A DNA stretch of 64,000 bases from Candidatus Kuenenia stuttgartensis. Its GTDB lineage: Bacteria; Planctomycetota; UBA11346. The stretch covers positions 24,073 to 88,072 of the forward strand of contig CAMCMZ010000002.1 in assembly GCA_945876185.1 (NCBI GenBank), in the 5' to 3' direction. This document shows, in pieces, positions 28,963 to 40,492 of this stretch. Positions within the stretch are counted from its first letter, which is position 1; each line of letters opens with the position of its first letter. Position numbers and translations under genes: made by a program. The notes under the pieces are model-generated. The model was not told the DNA's origin and did no database searches. It was given only the letters and a program-made list of their open reading frames with translations.

Positions 28963-29481
28963 ATGCGCGCCCCCGCTTTCTCCGCTGTCCGCTCCTTGAT
29001 TCTCGCCATGTCGGTCACCGGTGCCGTCCTGGTCAGCGGCTGCACCCGCCAAGAAGTCGCGCCGCCGCCCGTGCCGGTCGCCGCCTGGACCGCCGAAGAC
29101 GGCAGCGCGGTCGCCACCTCCCTGGTTGAGGCCTCGCTCAAGACGCCCTGGGCGAACAGCTTCCGCGAACGCAGCGGCCGCATCCCGCAGGTTCTGGTCG
29201 GCGACATCCGCGACCGCAGCGAGGTCCAGGTCGACACTGCCGCATTCGCCAAGACGCTCGGCCAAGCCCTGCTCGCCAGCGGCAAGGTCGGCCCCGCCGG
29301 CGAGAAACCCGACTTCACCCTGACCGGCGTGATCTCGCCCTCGACCCAGAAAATTCCCAGCGGCAAGGTTGTCGCCGTCGACCTCAGCCTCAGCGACGCC
29401 GCCGGCACGATCGCGTGGAAGGACAGCCTGGAGCACACTGTGCCCGAGCGCCTGCCGCCGGCCCCACCCGCCGCGAAGTGA
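28963..29481 (+). CDS. Lipoprotein, LpoB-like
   Basis: Lipobox VSGC; W-x-x-E-D, P-x-V-L-V-G-x-I-x-D-R-S, DFTLTG pattern. Confidence 0.6.
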   Translation: MRAPAFSAVRSLILAMSVTGAVLVSGCTRQEVAPPPVPVAAWTAEDGSAVATSLVEASLKTPWANSFRERSGRIPQVLVGDIRDRSEVQVDTAAFAKTLGQALLASGKVGPAGEKPDFTLTGVISPSTQKIPSGKVVAVDLSLSDAAGTIAWKDSLEHTVPERLPPAPPAAK

Positions 29482-29504
29482 TCCGATAGCTGCGCTTAGG
29501 CTGT

Positions 29505-29881
29505 TCAGGCCTGGGCCGTCTTGGGGAAATACTTTACCCCGGTTTTTCCTGAAAAATCCGCATCCTGGGTCCAAACCACCGCCGCATGCCGCTGGGCGGT
29601 GGCCAGGACGATGCTGTCAGCAGTCGGCATACGCTGGGCCACGGCGAGTGAAGCCGCTTCTACGGCCAGCGTCTCGTCCAGATCCACGACCCGGCCTTGC
29701 CGCATCACCGCGACGACCTTCAGCACCGTGTCGCGTGGCTCGCTGCGCAGAAGCACCTTGATGACCTCCATCAGGACGATGCTCGGAGATCCTTCGGTTT
29801 CTCGATTGGTGGTGCGAACAACCCGGCACGGGGACCATCGTTGATGTATTCCAGCCAACCGCAGGAATCGACCAGGTTCAA
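29505..29881 (-). pseudogene. Frameshifted VapC PIN toxin
   Basis: TTG start gives MNLVDSCGWLEYINDGPRAGLFAPPIEKPKDL then stops; PSIVLMEV...ADSIVLATA...WTQDADF continues in another frame (break near 29787). Confidence 0.8.
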
Positions 29882-30087
29882 GGCAACTCCCGCTCGTCCC
29901 GTTCGAGCTCGGTCGGGATCGCAGGGCAGAGACCGCGGATCGATCGGGGTGGAACCACCAGCAGCAGTTCGATTCGTCCAGCCAGGGCGATGACCTGGAA
30001 CTGCTGTCCTGCTTCGACGTGCAGTTGTTCCCGCACATCACGCGGAATGACCACCTGGAACTTGGGCGACACGGTAACGGTGCTCAT
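29878..30087 (-). CDS. AbrB/MazE/SpoVT-family antitoxin
   Basis: MSTVTVSPKFQVVIPRDVREQL signature; overlaps toxin start. Confidence 0.9.
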   Translation of the reverse strand: MSTVTVSPKFQVVIPRDVREQLHVEAGQQFQVIALAGRIELLLVVPPRSIRGLCPAIPTELERDERELP

Positions 30088-30145
30088 GACGGCTCCATCG
30101 ATGGCCGCCCGTACAACGAATCAGGAATCAATCAAATCGGGGAGG

Positions 30146-30314
30146 ACGACGCGCTGAGTTTCCCCACTCCGCCAGTTGTCTCACAGATAAACCGCAAGTG
30201 CGCCTCAGGTGCAAAGTGGGAGGAGAGAAACGACGTGCTGCGTTTCCCCATTTCGCCAAGCTGCTACACAGAAAAACCGCAAGTGCGCCCCAGATGCCAG
30301 GCGGGAGGAGGGAG
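30146..30314. repeat. Degenerate ~84-bp tandem duplication including the left end of the dispersed element
   Basis: ACGACG(C/T)GCTG..TTTCCCCA...CACAGA(T/A)AAACCGCAAGTGCGCC..AG.TGC...GGGAGGAG occurs twice. Confidence 0.7.
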
Positions 30315-30374
30315 TTGGGCAGCGCCCAATGACCGACGACCAACGCCGCAGATGGGGTGCAATTGCGGTTTTTC
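30271..30374 (-). repeat. ~103-bp dispersed TIR element, copy 1
   Basis: Ends GAAAAACCGCAA / TTGCGGTTTTTC; near-identical to 44654-44755. Confidence 0.9.
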
Positions 30375-30376
30375 GT

Positions 30377-31858
30377 TCACCACGCCACGCCGTGCATGTC
30401 GCCGGTGCGGATGAACTGCTCGTGCATCGAGAACGCGTCGGCCACCGCCTGCGGGGTGTGGGTGTCGCCGGAGCGCTCGACGTAGGCCTTCAGTTCGTCG
30501 CGATAGTCGGGATGGGCGCACTGGTCGATGATGATCTGGGCGCGTTCAGCCGGGGCCTTGCCGCGCAAGTCAGCGATGCCTTGCTCGGTGACGATGATCT
30601 GCACCGAATGCTCGTTGTGGTCGGCGTGCGAGACCATCGGGACGATGGTCGAGATCTTGCCTTGCTTGGCGACCGACGGACAGATGAACATCGAGATGAA
30701 GGCGTTGCGGGTGAAGTCGCCCGAGCCGCCGATGCCGTTCATCATCTGCTTGCCCAGGACGTGGGTCGAGTTGACGTTGCCGCTGATGTCGACTTCGAGC
30801 GCGGTGTTGCACGAGACGATGCCGAGGCGGCGGACGATCTCGGGGTTGTTGGTGATCTCCTGCGGGCGGAGGATGATCCGGGGGCGGAAGAATTCGAGGT
30901 CCTTGTAGACGGCCTTGCGCCGCTCAGCGCTGATGGTCAGCGACGAACCGGAGGCGAATTTGACCTTCTCCTGCCGCATGAGGTCGATGACGGCGTCCTG
31001 GATGACCTCGGTATACATCTCGAAGGGCGGGATCGCCGGATGGTCGCCGAGGGCGAACAGTACCGCGTTGGCGGTCTCACCGACGCCGGACTGGATGGGT
31101 AGGAATTCTTTGGGAATGCGCCCGGCCTTCATCTCAGCCGCCAGGAATTCAGCGACGTTGTAGCCGATGCGCTTGGTGACCTCGTCGCAGTCGCGGAAGG
31201 AGCCGGTCTCGTCGTCGTGGTTGCATTCGACCACGCCGATGATGCGCGAGGGGTCGATCTTCAGCACTTGCGAGCCGATGCGGTCGTTGACCCGGGTGAG
31301 CGGAATGGCCTGGCGATGGGGCGGGTCGGCGGGCGTGTAGATGTCGTGGAAGCCGCGCAGGGCAGCGGGATGGGCGCGGTTGAGCTCGATCAGCACCTTG
31401 GGCGCGATCTTGCCGAAGGTCGGCGCGGCGCCGACGCCGGTGGTCAGCACCACCTCGCCGTGGTCGTTGATATCGCAGGCCTCGATCACCGCCCAGTCGA
31501 CCTTGCCGAGGAAGCCATAGCGCACGTTCTGCGGAAACATCGACAGGTGCATGTCGAAGAAGCGGATGCGGCCGGCGTTGATCGCGGCGCGCATGTCGGG
31601 ATCGGACTGGTACGGGGTACGGAACGAGATCGCGTCGGCCTTGGCCAGGGCGCCGTCGAGCGACTTGCCGGTGCTGGCACCGGTGAGGACGCCGATCTTG
31701 AACGCGCGTCCGGCGGCGTGCTCGGCCTTGGCGCGCTCGGCCAGGGCGAGCGGGATCACCTTGGGCGCGCCGGCGGGAGTGAAGCCCGAGAATCCGACGT
31801 TGTCGCCGTGGGCGATCAGGGCAGCAGCTTCGGCGGGAGAGAGGCGGGCAAAGGGCAT
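30377..31858 (-). CDS. Succinate CoA-transferase / acetyl-CoA hydrolase family
   Basis: SGFTPAG.PK, TGAST, PIQSGVG, RPQEITN, GNVNSTH, NGIGGSGDF, TEQGIADLRG. Confidence 0.94.
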   Translation of the reverse strand: MPFARLSPAEAAALIAHGDNVGFSGFTPAGAPKVIPLALAERAKAEHAAGRAFKIGVLTGASTGKSLDGALAKADAISFRTPYQSDPDMRAAINAGRIRFFDMHLSMFPQNVRYGFLGKVDWAVIEACDINDHGEVVLTTGVGAAPTFGKIAPKVLIELNRAHPAALRGFHDIYTPADPPHRQAIPLTRVNDRIGSQVLKIDPSRIIGVVECNHDDETGSFRDCDEVTKRIGYNVAEFLAAEMKAGRIPKEFLPIQSGVGETANAVLFALGDHPAIPPFEMYTEVIQDAVIDLMRQEKVKFASGSSLTISAERRKAVYKDLEFFRPRIILRPQEITNNPEIVRRLGIVSCNTALEVDISGNVNSTHVLGKQMMNGIGGSGDFTRNAFISMFICPSVAKQGKISTIVPMVSHADHNEHSVQIIVTEQGIADLRGKAPAERAQIIIDQCAHPDYRDELKAYVERSGDTHTPQAVADAFSMHEQFIRTGDMHGVAW

Positions 31859-31927
31859 GGGTCGTCCAGGGGTCGGGGTGCGGGTGGTCGAGTGGTCGGA
31901 AGAAGTAGGCTGGGACGGGCGGGCGCT

Positions 31928-32692
31928 TCAGGTCTCGCGCAGGAGGCGGACCTCGGTGGGCGGAAGGACGGCAGTCGTGCCATCTGCGCCGGTAAGCAGA
32001 AGGCTGCCAGTGAGGTCGATGCCGGCGAAGCGTCCCGAGCGGGTGCCATCATGGGTATCGAGCACGACTTCACGCGGTTCACCCCAGAGCGTGTTCAGTT
32101 CAGCGATGATCGCGGCGAGTCCGCCGACCTGGAAACGGCCATGCAAGGTGCGCAGCTGGCCCAGGATCGCGGCGAGCAGGCGATCGCGGACGGGCGGCGT
32201 GCGCAGGAGATCCACCAGCCGGATCGGGATGCCGCTGAGGGTCGGGTCTTCGCGCGCCGGATCGTTGCTGATGTTGAGGCCCATCCCAATCACGACGCGG
32301 TCGTCATGGAAGCGTTCGACCAGGATGCCGGCGAGCTTGCGATTGCCGATCATGATGTCGTTGGGCCAGCGTAAACGCTGGCCCTGCACCCCGAGCGCGG
32401 CCACCGCCTGAATCACGGCGAGACCGGCGACGAGCGGCAGCGCGGTCCAGACCGAGGCCGGCGCAGGCGTGGGCACCACCGCCGAGCACCACAGACCGCC
32501 GGGATCGCTGACCCACGCCCGGCCGGTGCGGCCGCGGCCGGCGCGCTGGCGGTCGGCGACCAGGCACGACCACGCCGGCAGGGCGGCGGCACGGTCGTTG
32601 GTCGAATCCACCACGGCGGCATGGAGGATCTCCCATCCCGGGGCATCGGGAAGGCTGCGCGGACCGGCAGAGATGGATGGGGCGGCGGCCAT
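31928..32692 (-). CDS. birA: Biotin--protein ligase (no HTH)
   Basis: DSTND, QRAGRGRTGRAW, RWPND, KLAGIL, GLN. Confidence 0.9.
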   Translation of the reverse strand: MAAAPSISAGPRSLPDAPGWEILHAAVVDSTNDRAAALPAWSCLVADRQRAGRGRTGRAWVSDPGGLWCSAVVPTPAPASVWTALPLVAGLAVIQAVAALGVQGQRLRWPNDIMIGNRKLAGILVERFHDDRVVIGMGLNISNDPAREDPTLSGIPIRLVDLLRTPPVRDRLLAAILGQLRTLHGRFQVGGLAAIIAELNTLWGEPREVVLDTHDGTRSGRFAGIDLTGSLLLTGADGTTAVLPPTEVRLLRET

Positions 32693-32700
32693 GGGATCGT

Positions 32701-33111
32701 TCAGGCGATGGAGACGAGGACCTTGCCCTCTTCCACATTTTCACCCTTGGCGCAGTTGATCGCGGCGACTTTCCCGGCCTTGGGCGCGGGGATGACGGTG
32801 TTCATCTTCATCGCTTCGAGCACCAGCACGGGATCGCCGGCCTTAACATCCTGGCCGACGGTGACCTTGACCTCGACGATCAGACCGGTGAGCGGGGCGA
32901 GGATGTCGCCGGAACCGGCCGTGACGGCCGGGCGCGCGGCCGGGGAACCCGCGCCGGGGGGTGCGGCGACCGGGGCGGATTTCACCGGCGCGGCTGGTGC
33001 AGCGACCGCAGCCACGGCGGGAGCAGGAGCGCTGGCGACGCCATCGAGGACCTCGACCGTGGCCTCATAGGCCTTGCCGTCGACGGTGATGCGGAGTTTC
33101 TTGATGGACAT
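32701..33111 (-). CDS. Biotin carboxyl carrier subunit (transcarboxylase 1.3S / MmdC-like)
   Basis: KLRITVDGKAYE, Ala/Pro linker, LEAMKM. Confidence 0.92.
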   Translation of the reverse strand: MSIKKLRITVDGKAYEATVEVLDGVASAPAPAVAAVAAPAAPVKSAPVAAPPGAGSPAARPAVTAGSGDILAPLTGLIVEVKVTVGQDVKAGDPVLVLEAMKMNTVIPAPKAGKVAAINCAKGENVEEGKVLVSIA

Positions 33112-33127
33112 GGTTCTTCCTGGGATT

Positions 33128-33472
33128 TCAGCGGGTCTGGTGGGAGGTGAAATGCTGCCGGCGGCCTTCCTGCGACCAGATGCCGGCAACGGAGATGGTC
33201 GGAGCCACCGCCGGGCGTTTTTGGGTCGAGGTGATCGAGATGACGCGGTACGGCTGATCGATGGTCGCCGCGATCGCGGCAAGAAGGACGGTCAGCGGAA
33301 CCTCGCCGGCCCGGTCGCCGATGGTCCCGGGTGCCTCGTCGAACTGGGCGGCGGCCAGGGCCTGCGCGGCGGCCGCAGCCGCCTGGGCAGCGGTTGCGGC
33401 AGTCTGGGCAGCGGTAGCCGCGGCTTGGGCTGCCGCGATGGCTGTCTGGATCAGGAGGCGGATATCAGACAT
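33128..33472 (-). CDS. Small accessory subunit (OadG/MmdD-related), no TM anchor
   Basis: VLLAAIAA...WSQEGRRQHFTSH C-terminus; lies between carboxyltransferase and biotin carrier. Confidence 0.65.
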   Translation of the reverse strand: MSDIRLLIQTAIAAAQAAATAAQTAATAAQAAAAAAQALAAAQFDEAPGTIGDRAGEVPLTVLLAAIAATIDQPYRVISITSTQKRPAVAPTISVAGIWSQEGRRQHFTSHQTR

Positions 33473-33537
33473 GAGCGGGCTTCCGAGGATGGGCGGTGGT
33501 AAGGGTGCGGCGATGCGACGGTGCGGCGATGATTGGA

Positions 33538-35088
33538 TCAGAGCGCGATGTTGCCGTGCTTCTTGCCCGGGCGGATCTCGCGCTTGTTCAGGGTGTTGCG
33601 CAGCGCCAACGCCACCAGCGCGCGAGTACGCGATGGTTCAATGACGTCGGTAACCATGTTGTTTTCGGCCGCCTGCCAGGGCGCAGCGAACTGGTCACGG
33701 TATTCGGCCGCCAGCGCCTTGGCCCTGGCCTTGGGATCGTCCGCCTTCTTGATCTCCTCGCGGAAGAGGATGTTGATCGCGCCATCGGCGCCCATCACCG
33801 CGATCTCGGCGCTCGGCCAGGCGAACACCAGATCGGCGCCCATCGACTTCGAGCACATTGCCAGGTACGCGCCGCCATAGGCCTTGCGCATGATCACGGT
33901 GATCTTGGGCACCGTGGCCGACGACCAGGCGAAGAGCATCTTGGCACCGTGGCGGATGATGCCGCCTTGTTCCTGCTGCTTGCCGGGCAGGAATCCCGGC
34001 ACGTCGACGAGCGATATGAGTGGGGTGTTGTAGACGTTGCAGGTGCGGATGAAGCGGGCTGACTTGTCGGATGAGTCGATGTCGAGCGAGCCCGCCTTGA
34101 CCATCGGGTTCGACGAGACGATGCCGACCACCACGCCGCAGACGCGGGCGTAGCAGGTGATGATGTTGCGGGCCCAGTCGGCTTGGACTTCGAGGTATTC
34201 GCCACCATCGACCAGGCGGCGGATGACCTCGTGCGCGTCGATCGGATCCTTGGGGTTCTCAGGAACGAGCGCGTCCATGCCCGGATCGACGGCGGTGTCG
34301 AGCGGTACGTTCAGGTGGTGCGGCGGATCGCTCAGATTGTTCGCCGGCAGGAACGACAGCAGGCGGTGGCTGATCTGGATCGCGTGGCGATCGTCCTCGG
34401 CGACGAAGTGGATGTTGCCCGAGATGGAAGCGTGGGCTGCGGCCGAACCGATCTCGTCCATGGTGACGGTCTGACCGGTGACCGCTTTGATGACCTCCGG
34501 CCCGCAGATGAACATGTTCGCAGCCTTGGTCATGATCAGGAAATCCATCAACGCCGGCGAATAGGCCCCACCGCCGGCGCACGGTCCGGCGATGATCGCG
34601 ATCTGCGGCACCACGCCCGACAGCAGCACGTTGCCGTAGAACACCGCGCCATAGCCGGACAGCGAGTCGATGCCTTCCTGGATGCGGGCGCCGCCGGAAT
34701 CGTTGACCCCGACCACCGGGATGCCGGTCTTGAGCGCGTAGTCCATCAGATCGACAATCTTCTGCGCGTGCATCTTGCCAAGGCTGCCGCCGGCGACGGT
34801 GAAGTCCTGGGCGAAGGCCGCGACCGGATGGCCGGCGACATGGCCGACGCCGGTGATCACACCGTCGCAGGGGATGTCTTTGCCCGACATACCAAAGTCC
34901 TGGCAGTGGTGCTGCACGAACAGGCCGAACTCCATGAAGGTGCCGGGATCGAAGAACGCTCCGATGCGCTGACGCGCGGTGAGCAGGCCCTTCTTGTTGC
35001 GGTCGACTTCCTTCTGGGCGCCGCCACCGGCAAGGCCCTTGGCGCGGCGTTTACTGAGCGTTTCCATGAATTCAGCGGGAATGGGCAT
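33538..35088 (-). CDS. Acyl-CoA carboxylase beta / methylmalonyl-CoA carboxyltransferase (12S/PccB-like)
   Basis: TARQRI, QDFTVAGGSLG, DSGGARIQEG, GPCAGG, DVPGFLPG, RKAYGGAY, KKHGNI. Confidence 0.95.
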   Translation of the reverse strand: MPIPAEFMETLSKRRAKGLAGGGAQKEVDRNKKGLLTARQRIGAFFDPGTFMEFGLFVQHHCQDFGMSGKDIPCDGVITGVGHVAGHPVAAFAQDFTVAGGSLGKMHAQKIVDLMDYALKTGIPVVGVNDSGGARIQEGIDSLSGYGAVFYGNVLLSGVVPQIAIIAGPCAGGGAYSPALMDFLIMTKAANMFICGPEVIKAVTGQTVTMDEIGSAAAHASISGNIHFVAEDDRHAIQISHRLLSFLPANNLSDPPHHLNVPLDTAVDPGMDALVPENPKDPIDAHEVIRRLVDGGEYLEVQADWARNIITCYARVCGVVVGIVSSNPMVKAGSLDIDSSDKSARFIRTCNVYNTPLISLVDVPGFLPGKQQEQGGIIRHGAKMLFAWSSATVPKITVIMRKAYGGAYLAMCSKSMGADLVFAWPSAEIAVMGADGAINILFREEIKKADDPKARAKALAAEYRDQFAAPWQAAENNMVTDVIEPSRTRALVALALRNTLNKREIRPGKKHGNIAL

Positions 35089-35123
35089 GGGGATCCTTGC
35101 GGGGTGCGATTGGTCTGGACGGT

Positions 35124-35173
35124 GGCGGTGGAGGGCGGTGGAGGGCGGTGGAGGGCGGTGGAGGGCGGTGGAG
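35124..35173. repeat. Tandem repeat (GGCGGTGGAG)x5
   Basis: Five perfect 10-bp units in the mce-carboxyltransferase spacer. Confidence 0.95.
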
Positions 35174-35201
35174 TAAGTGGGGTAAGGTGATGCCGGTCGG
35201 A

Positions 35202-35627
35202 TCAGTGGTCGCCGCCAGGACCATGATCGCCGCCGGCACAGAATTCGGTGAGCACGCCGCGCGTGCTCTTGGGATGCAGGAAGGCAACCTGCTTGCCACC
35301 GGCGCCCGGGATAGGCGTCTCATGGATCAGCCGCACGCCGGCGTCCTTGGCCTGCTTGAGCTGGCCGAGGATGTCACCGGTGGCGAAGGCGACGTGGTGG
35401 ATGCCCTCGCCACGGTCGGCGATGAACTTGGCGATCGGGCTGTCCTCGGCGGTCGGCTCCAGCAGTTCCAGATGCACGCCGCCGACGTTGAAGAACGCGG
35501 TCTTCACCTTCTGCGACGGGACTTCCTCGATCTTCTCGCAGGTCAGGCCAAGAGCTTTTTCATAATAGGGCACGGCCTCGGCGAGGGATTTCACGGCGAT
35601 GCCGAGGTGGTCGATCTTCTGCAGCAT
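35202..35627 (-). CDS. mce: Methylmalonyl-CoA epimerase
   Basis: IDHLGIAV, ELLEP, GEGIHHVAF, FLHPKST.GVL.E. Confidence 0.95.
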   Translation of the reverse strand: MLQKIDHLGIAVKSLAEAVPYYEKALGLTCEKIEEVPSQKVKTAFFNVGGVHLELLEPTAEDSPIAKFIADRGEGIHHVAFATGDILGQLKQAKDAGVRLIHETPIPGAGGKQVAFLHPKSTRGVLTEFCAGGDHGPGGDH

Positions 35628-35678
35628 GGTTGGCTCCGAGGGGAGAGGTGGCTTGCGGTTGCGGTGATGGAGGCGGAT

Positions 35679-37334
<1,656 letters not shown>

Positions 37335-37350
37335 GGGAATGTCTCCGGAG

Positions 37351-38370
37351 TCAGGCGTGAGTTGCCGAGCAGCAGCCGTGGGCTGCCTCGACCGATTCGA
37401 CGATGGGGGAAATGGGGATGATCGGCTTGAACGCGGCTTCGCTGAGGGTCGGCAGAGATTCGCTCGGCCGGCCGAGCAGGTCAGCGAGCGCGGCGCGGGC
37501 GGTGGCGCGCGGATCGCAGCCGGGGCCGGCAGAGTGAATGGCGGCACGGATCGCGGGCCGCAACAGTTCGACCGCCCAATCGACGGCCTCGGCCTCGCGG
37601 TTGCGCTGGCGACGACGGGCCTGCTCGCCCGAGGCGCGCTGGGCGGCAGCAAGCGCGGTCGCGGTGTCGGCGAGTTCGGCGATGCCCTTGCCCTCGGTGG
37701 CGACGGTGCGCACCAGGGCGCGGCCGCGTTCGCGCGCGACCGGGGTCATCTCCAGCATCAGCGCCTCGGCTGCGGGATGGTCGCCTTTATTAACCACCAG
37801 GATGTCGGCGAGTTCGACAAGGCCGGCCTTCATCGCCTGGATGTCATCGCCCAGACCGGGTGCCATGACCAGGGCGGTGAGGTCGGCCAGGCGCACCACG
37901 TCGATCTCGGCCTGGCCGACGCCGACGGTTTCGATGATCACCGGATCGCAGCCGGCCAGGGCCATGATGCGCACCGCCGCGCCGGCGGCGGCGCACAGGC
38001 CGCCGATGCGGCCACGCGTCGCCATCGAGCGCACCACCACGTTTTCATCCGTGGCGTGCGCCATCATGCGGACGCGGTCACCCAACAGCGCGCCGCCCGA
38101 GATCGGCGACGACGGATCCACCGCTACGACACCGATCCTTCGCCCAAGTGCGCGGTAGTGGCCGATGAGCTGGCCGGTGAGGGTCGACTTGCCCGCGCCA
38201 CCCGGGCCGGTGATGCCGAGGATGGTCGCTGCCGCGACGCGCGAATCTTCGAGCGCAGCGAGGATCTCGCCGGCGCGCGGATCGCCGTTTTCCACGAGTG
38301 AAATAGCGCGGCCGACGGCCCGGGGATTCCGGGCCAGGATGCCAGCGATGATGTCGGCTGGCGTGCGCAC
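37351..38370 (-). CDS. meaB: Methylmalonyl-CoA mutase-associated GTPase
   Basis: [45 protein letters not shown]. Confidence 0.94.
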   Translation of the reverse strand: MRTPADIIAGILARNPRAVGRAISLVENGDPRAGEILAALEDSRVAAATILGITGPGGAGKSTLTGQLIGHYRALGRRIGVVAVDPSSPISGGALLGDRVRMMAHATDENVVVRSMATRGRIGGLCAAAGAAVRIMALAGCDPVIIETVGVGQAEIDVVRLADLTALVMAPGLGDDIQAMKAGLVELADILVVNKGDHPAAEALMLEMTPVARERGRALVRTVATEGKGIAELADTATALAAAQRASGEQARRRQRNREAEAVDWAVELLRPAIRAAIHSAGPGCDPRATARAALADLLGRPSESLPTLSEAAFKPIIPISPIVESVEAAHGCCSATHA

Positions 38371-38372
38371 GC

Positions 38373-38786
38373 TCAGACCTTGGCGGCCTGGGCTTGGCAG
38401 AGCGCAGTCACCGAAGCGATGATGTCCTTCACCGGTGTGCCTGGGGTGAACACCGAGCGGATGCCGGCGCGTTTGAGGCCCGGGATGTCCTCGGCCGGGA
38501 TGACTCCGCCGCCGAAGACCGGGATGTCGCCGCCACCGGCTTTTTCCAAGGCGGCGATCACGGCGGGGAAGAGTTCGTTGTGCGCCCCTGACAACAGGCT
38601 GAGGCCGACCGCGTCGACGTCTTCCTGCACGGCGGCGGCGGCGATCTCTTCCGGGGTGCGGCGGATGCCGGTGTAGACGACCTCGAAGCCGGCGTCGCGC
38701 AGCGCGCGCGAGACGAACTTCGCGCCGCGATCATGGCCATCGAGGCCGGGTTTGCCGATGAGGACGCGGAAGGGGCGGGTGGTCAT
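38373..38786 (-). CDS. Cobalamin-binding small subunit of acyl-CoA mutase
   Basis: KPGLDGHDRGAK (DxHxxG), GLSLLSGAH, GGVIP, FTPGT. Confidence 0.95.
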   Translation of the reverse strand: MTTRPFRVLIGKPGLDGHDRGAKFVSRALRDAGFEVVYTGIRRTPEEIAAAAVQEDVDAVGLSLLSGAHNELFPAVIAALEKAGGGDIPVFGGGVIPAEDIPGLKRAGIRSVFTPGTPVKDIIASVTALCQAQAAKV

Positions 38787-38962
38787 GGTCGGGCTTCCTG
38801 TTCGTGGTCGGTCGGGCTGTTCTCTGGGAATCGCTTAAGCGGACAACTGGGTGGGGTTATCCCGTGGCAAGGAACCGGGGCGAGGGATTCTCTGCATGGA
38901 TGCAGGTCGATACAGCCTCCGGATCGGGTCCATGCCGGATCGCGCATGGAAGCGGAACTGGC

Positions 38963-38993
38963 CGCCGATCCGGGCTGGCAACCCGGATCGGCG
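38963..38993. terminator. Strong hairpin downstream of the 5S-like gene
   Basis: CGCCGATCCGGG-loop-CCCGGATCGGCG; no clear U-tract. Confidence 0.4.
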
Positions 38994-39007
38994 ATAATCC
39001 CTTGGTT

Positions 39008-40492
39008 TCAACCGACTTCTGCGACCACCGCCTGGTGCCGGACGCCGTCGACGGTGAAGTCGAAGGTGCGTTCCCCGGACGGTTTCGGCTTGGCGGCTGC
39101 ACTGGCGACGGCTGCGACGGGTGCTGCGGCCGGCTTGGCCGGGGGTTTTTCCGGCTGGGCGGTGCCGCGCAGGATGGCCTCGGTCTGGCTCGGGAACATC
39201 GCGTACAGCACGGCGGCCTCGTCGTCGGCGCGCAGGCCCTTGGCCTTCAACTCGGCCTTAAGCGACTCCATGCGCGGCTTGAGCTGGTCGGCGGCGCGAC
39301 CTTCGACCGGCGGGCCGAACTTGCTGATCGCCAGGGCTTTCACTTCGGGATCCACGGTGCCGGGGGTCTGGCCGTACTTGCCAAGGGCGACCTCGGCGGC
39401 CTGCTGCGAGAGGTTCTTCCAACGGCCGAAGCGGACGTTGAGCATGGCCTGGGTGCCGACGATCTGCGAGGTCGGGGTCACCAGCGGGATCCAGCCCAGC
39501 GCCTCGCGCACGCGCGGGATCTCGTCGAGCACCTCGGGCATCCGATCAGCCATGTTCTGTTCTTTGAGCTGGTTGCGGAAATTCGACAGCATGCCGCCGG
39601 GTACCTGGAAACGCAGGATGTCGAGGTCGGTGCGCTCATTCGCCGGGCTAGTGAAGGCCGACAGGTCGGCGTAGACCTTGGTGAAATGCTCGCGCAGGCG
39701 GTAGTACGCCGCGAGGTCATAGGCTGGTTTGCGCGGGTTGCCTTCCAGCAGTGCCTGCATCAGCGCCTGATCAGGCTGGCCGGTGCCGTTGGCAAAAGGT
39801 GCGATCGAGACATCCACGATGTCGACCCCGGCGTCAATCGCGGCGAGGTAGCTCGGCACCGCCAGGCAGGCGGTGTTGTGCGAGTGGAGAACCAGCGGCA
39901 GCGGTACCGCCGCCTTGATTTTGGTCACCAGTTCGCGCGCCATGCCGGGCGCGAGCAGGCCGGCCATGTCCTTGATGCAGATCGACTGGCAGCCCTGGCG
40001 GTGGAACTCGCGCGCATTGGCGACGAAGAGTTCGACGGTATGGACCGGGCTGATGGTGTAGCTGATCGCGCCCTGCGGGTGCTTGCCCGCCTTGAGCACG
40101 GCCTTCACCGCGACTTCGGTGTTCTTGAGGTCGTTGAGCGCATCGAAGATGCGGAAGATGGTCATCCCGCGCGCTGCCGTGCAGGCGACGAAGGCCTGCA
40201 CCACGTCGTCGGGAAACGCCGTGTACTGCACGATGTTCTGGCCGCGAAGGAGCATCATGTGCGGGGTCTTGGGCGCGGCGGCGGTGAGTTTGCCCAGGCG
40301 ATCGAACGGATCTTCAGCCAGGTAACGCACGCAGGCGTCGATGGTCGCGCCGCCCCAGGTTTCGAGGGCGTTGAAGCCGCAGGCGTCGAGCTCGCCGCAG
40401 ACCGGCAGCATCGCCGAGGTCGGCATCCGGGTCGCGGCGAGGCTTTGATGCCCGTCGCGTAAAACGTTTTGGTTGAATGTGACCGTGTTCAT
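39008..40492 (-). CDS. Pyruvate/oxaloacetate carboxyltransferase (transcarboxylase 5S / OadA-like, no biotinyl domain)
   Basis: LRDGHQSL.ATRM, ETWGGAT, MLLRGQN, FRIFDALND, IKDMAG, LHSH, QVPGGM.SN, PLVTPTSQIVG. Confidence 0.93.
   Translation of the reverse strand: MNTVTFNQNVLRDGHQSLAATRMPTSAMLPVCGELDACGFNALETWGGATIDACVRYLAEDPFDRLGKLTAAAPKTPHMMLLRGQNIVQYTAFPDDVVQAFVACTAARGMTIFRIFDALNDLKNTEVAVKAVLKAGKHPQGAISYTISPVHTVELFVANAREFHRQGCQSICIKDMAGLLAPGMARELVTKIKAAVPLPLVLHSHNTACLAVPSYLAAIDAGVDIVDVSIAPFANGTGQPDQALMQALLEGNPRKPAYDLAAYYRLREHFTKVYADLSAFTSPANERTDLDILRFQVPGGMLSNFRNQLKEQNMADRMPEVLDEIPRVREALGWIPLVTPTSQIVGTQAMLNVRFGRWKNLSQQAAEVALGKYGQTPGTVDPEVKALAISKFGPPVEGRAADQLKPRMESLKAELKAKGLRADDEAAVLYAMFPSQTEAILRGTAQPEKPPAKPAAAPVAAVASAAAKPKPSGERTFDFTVDGVRHQAVVAEVG

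Noticed and set aside
38787..39007. Cobalamin riboswitch upstream of the mutase genes
   Set aside because: No recognisable B12-box or conserved core on the minus strand; only a hairpin.
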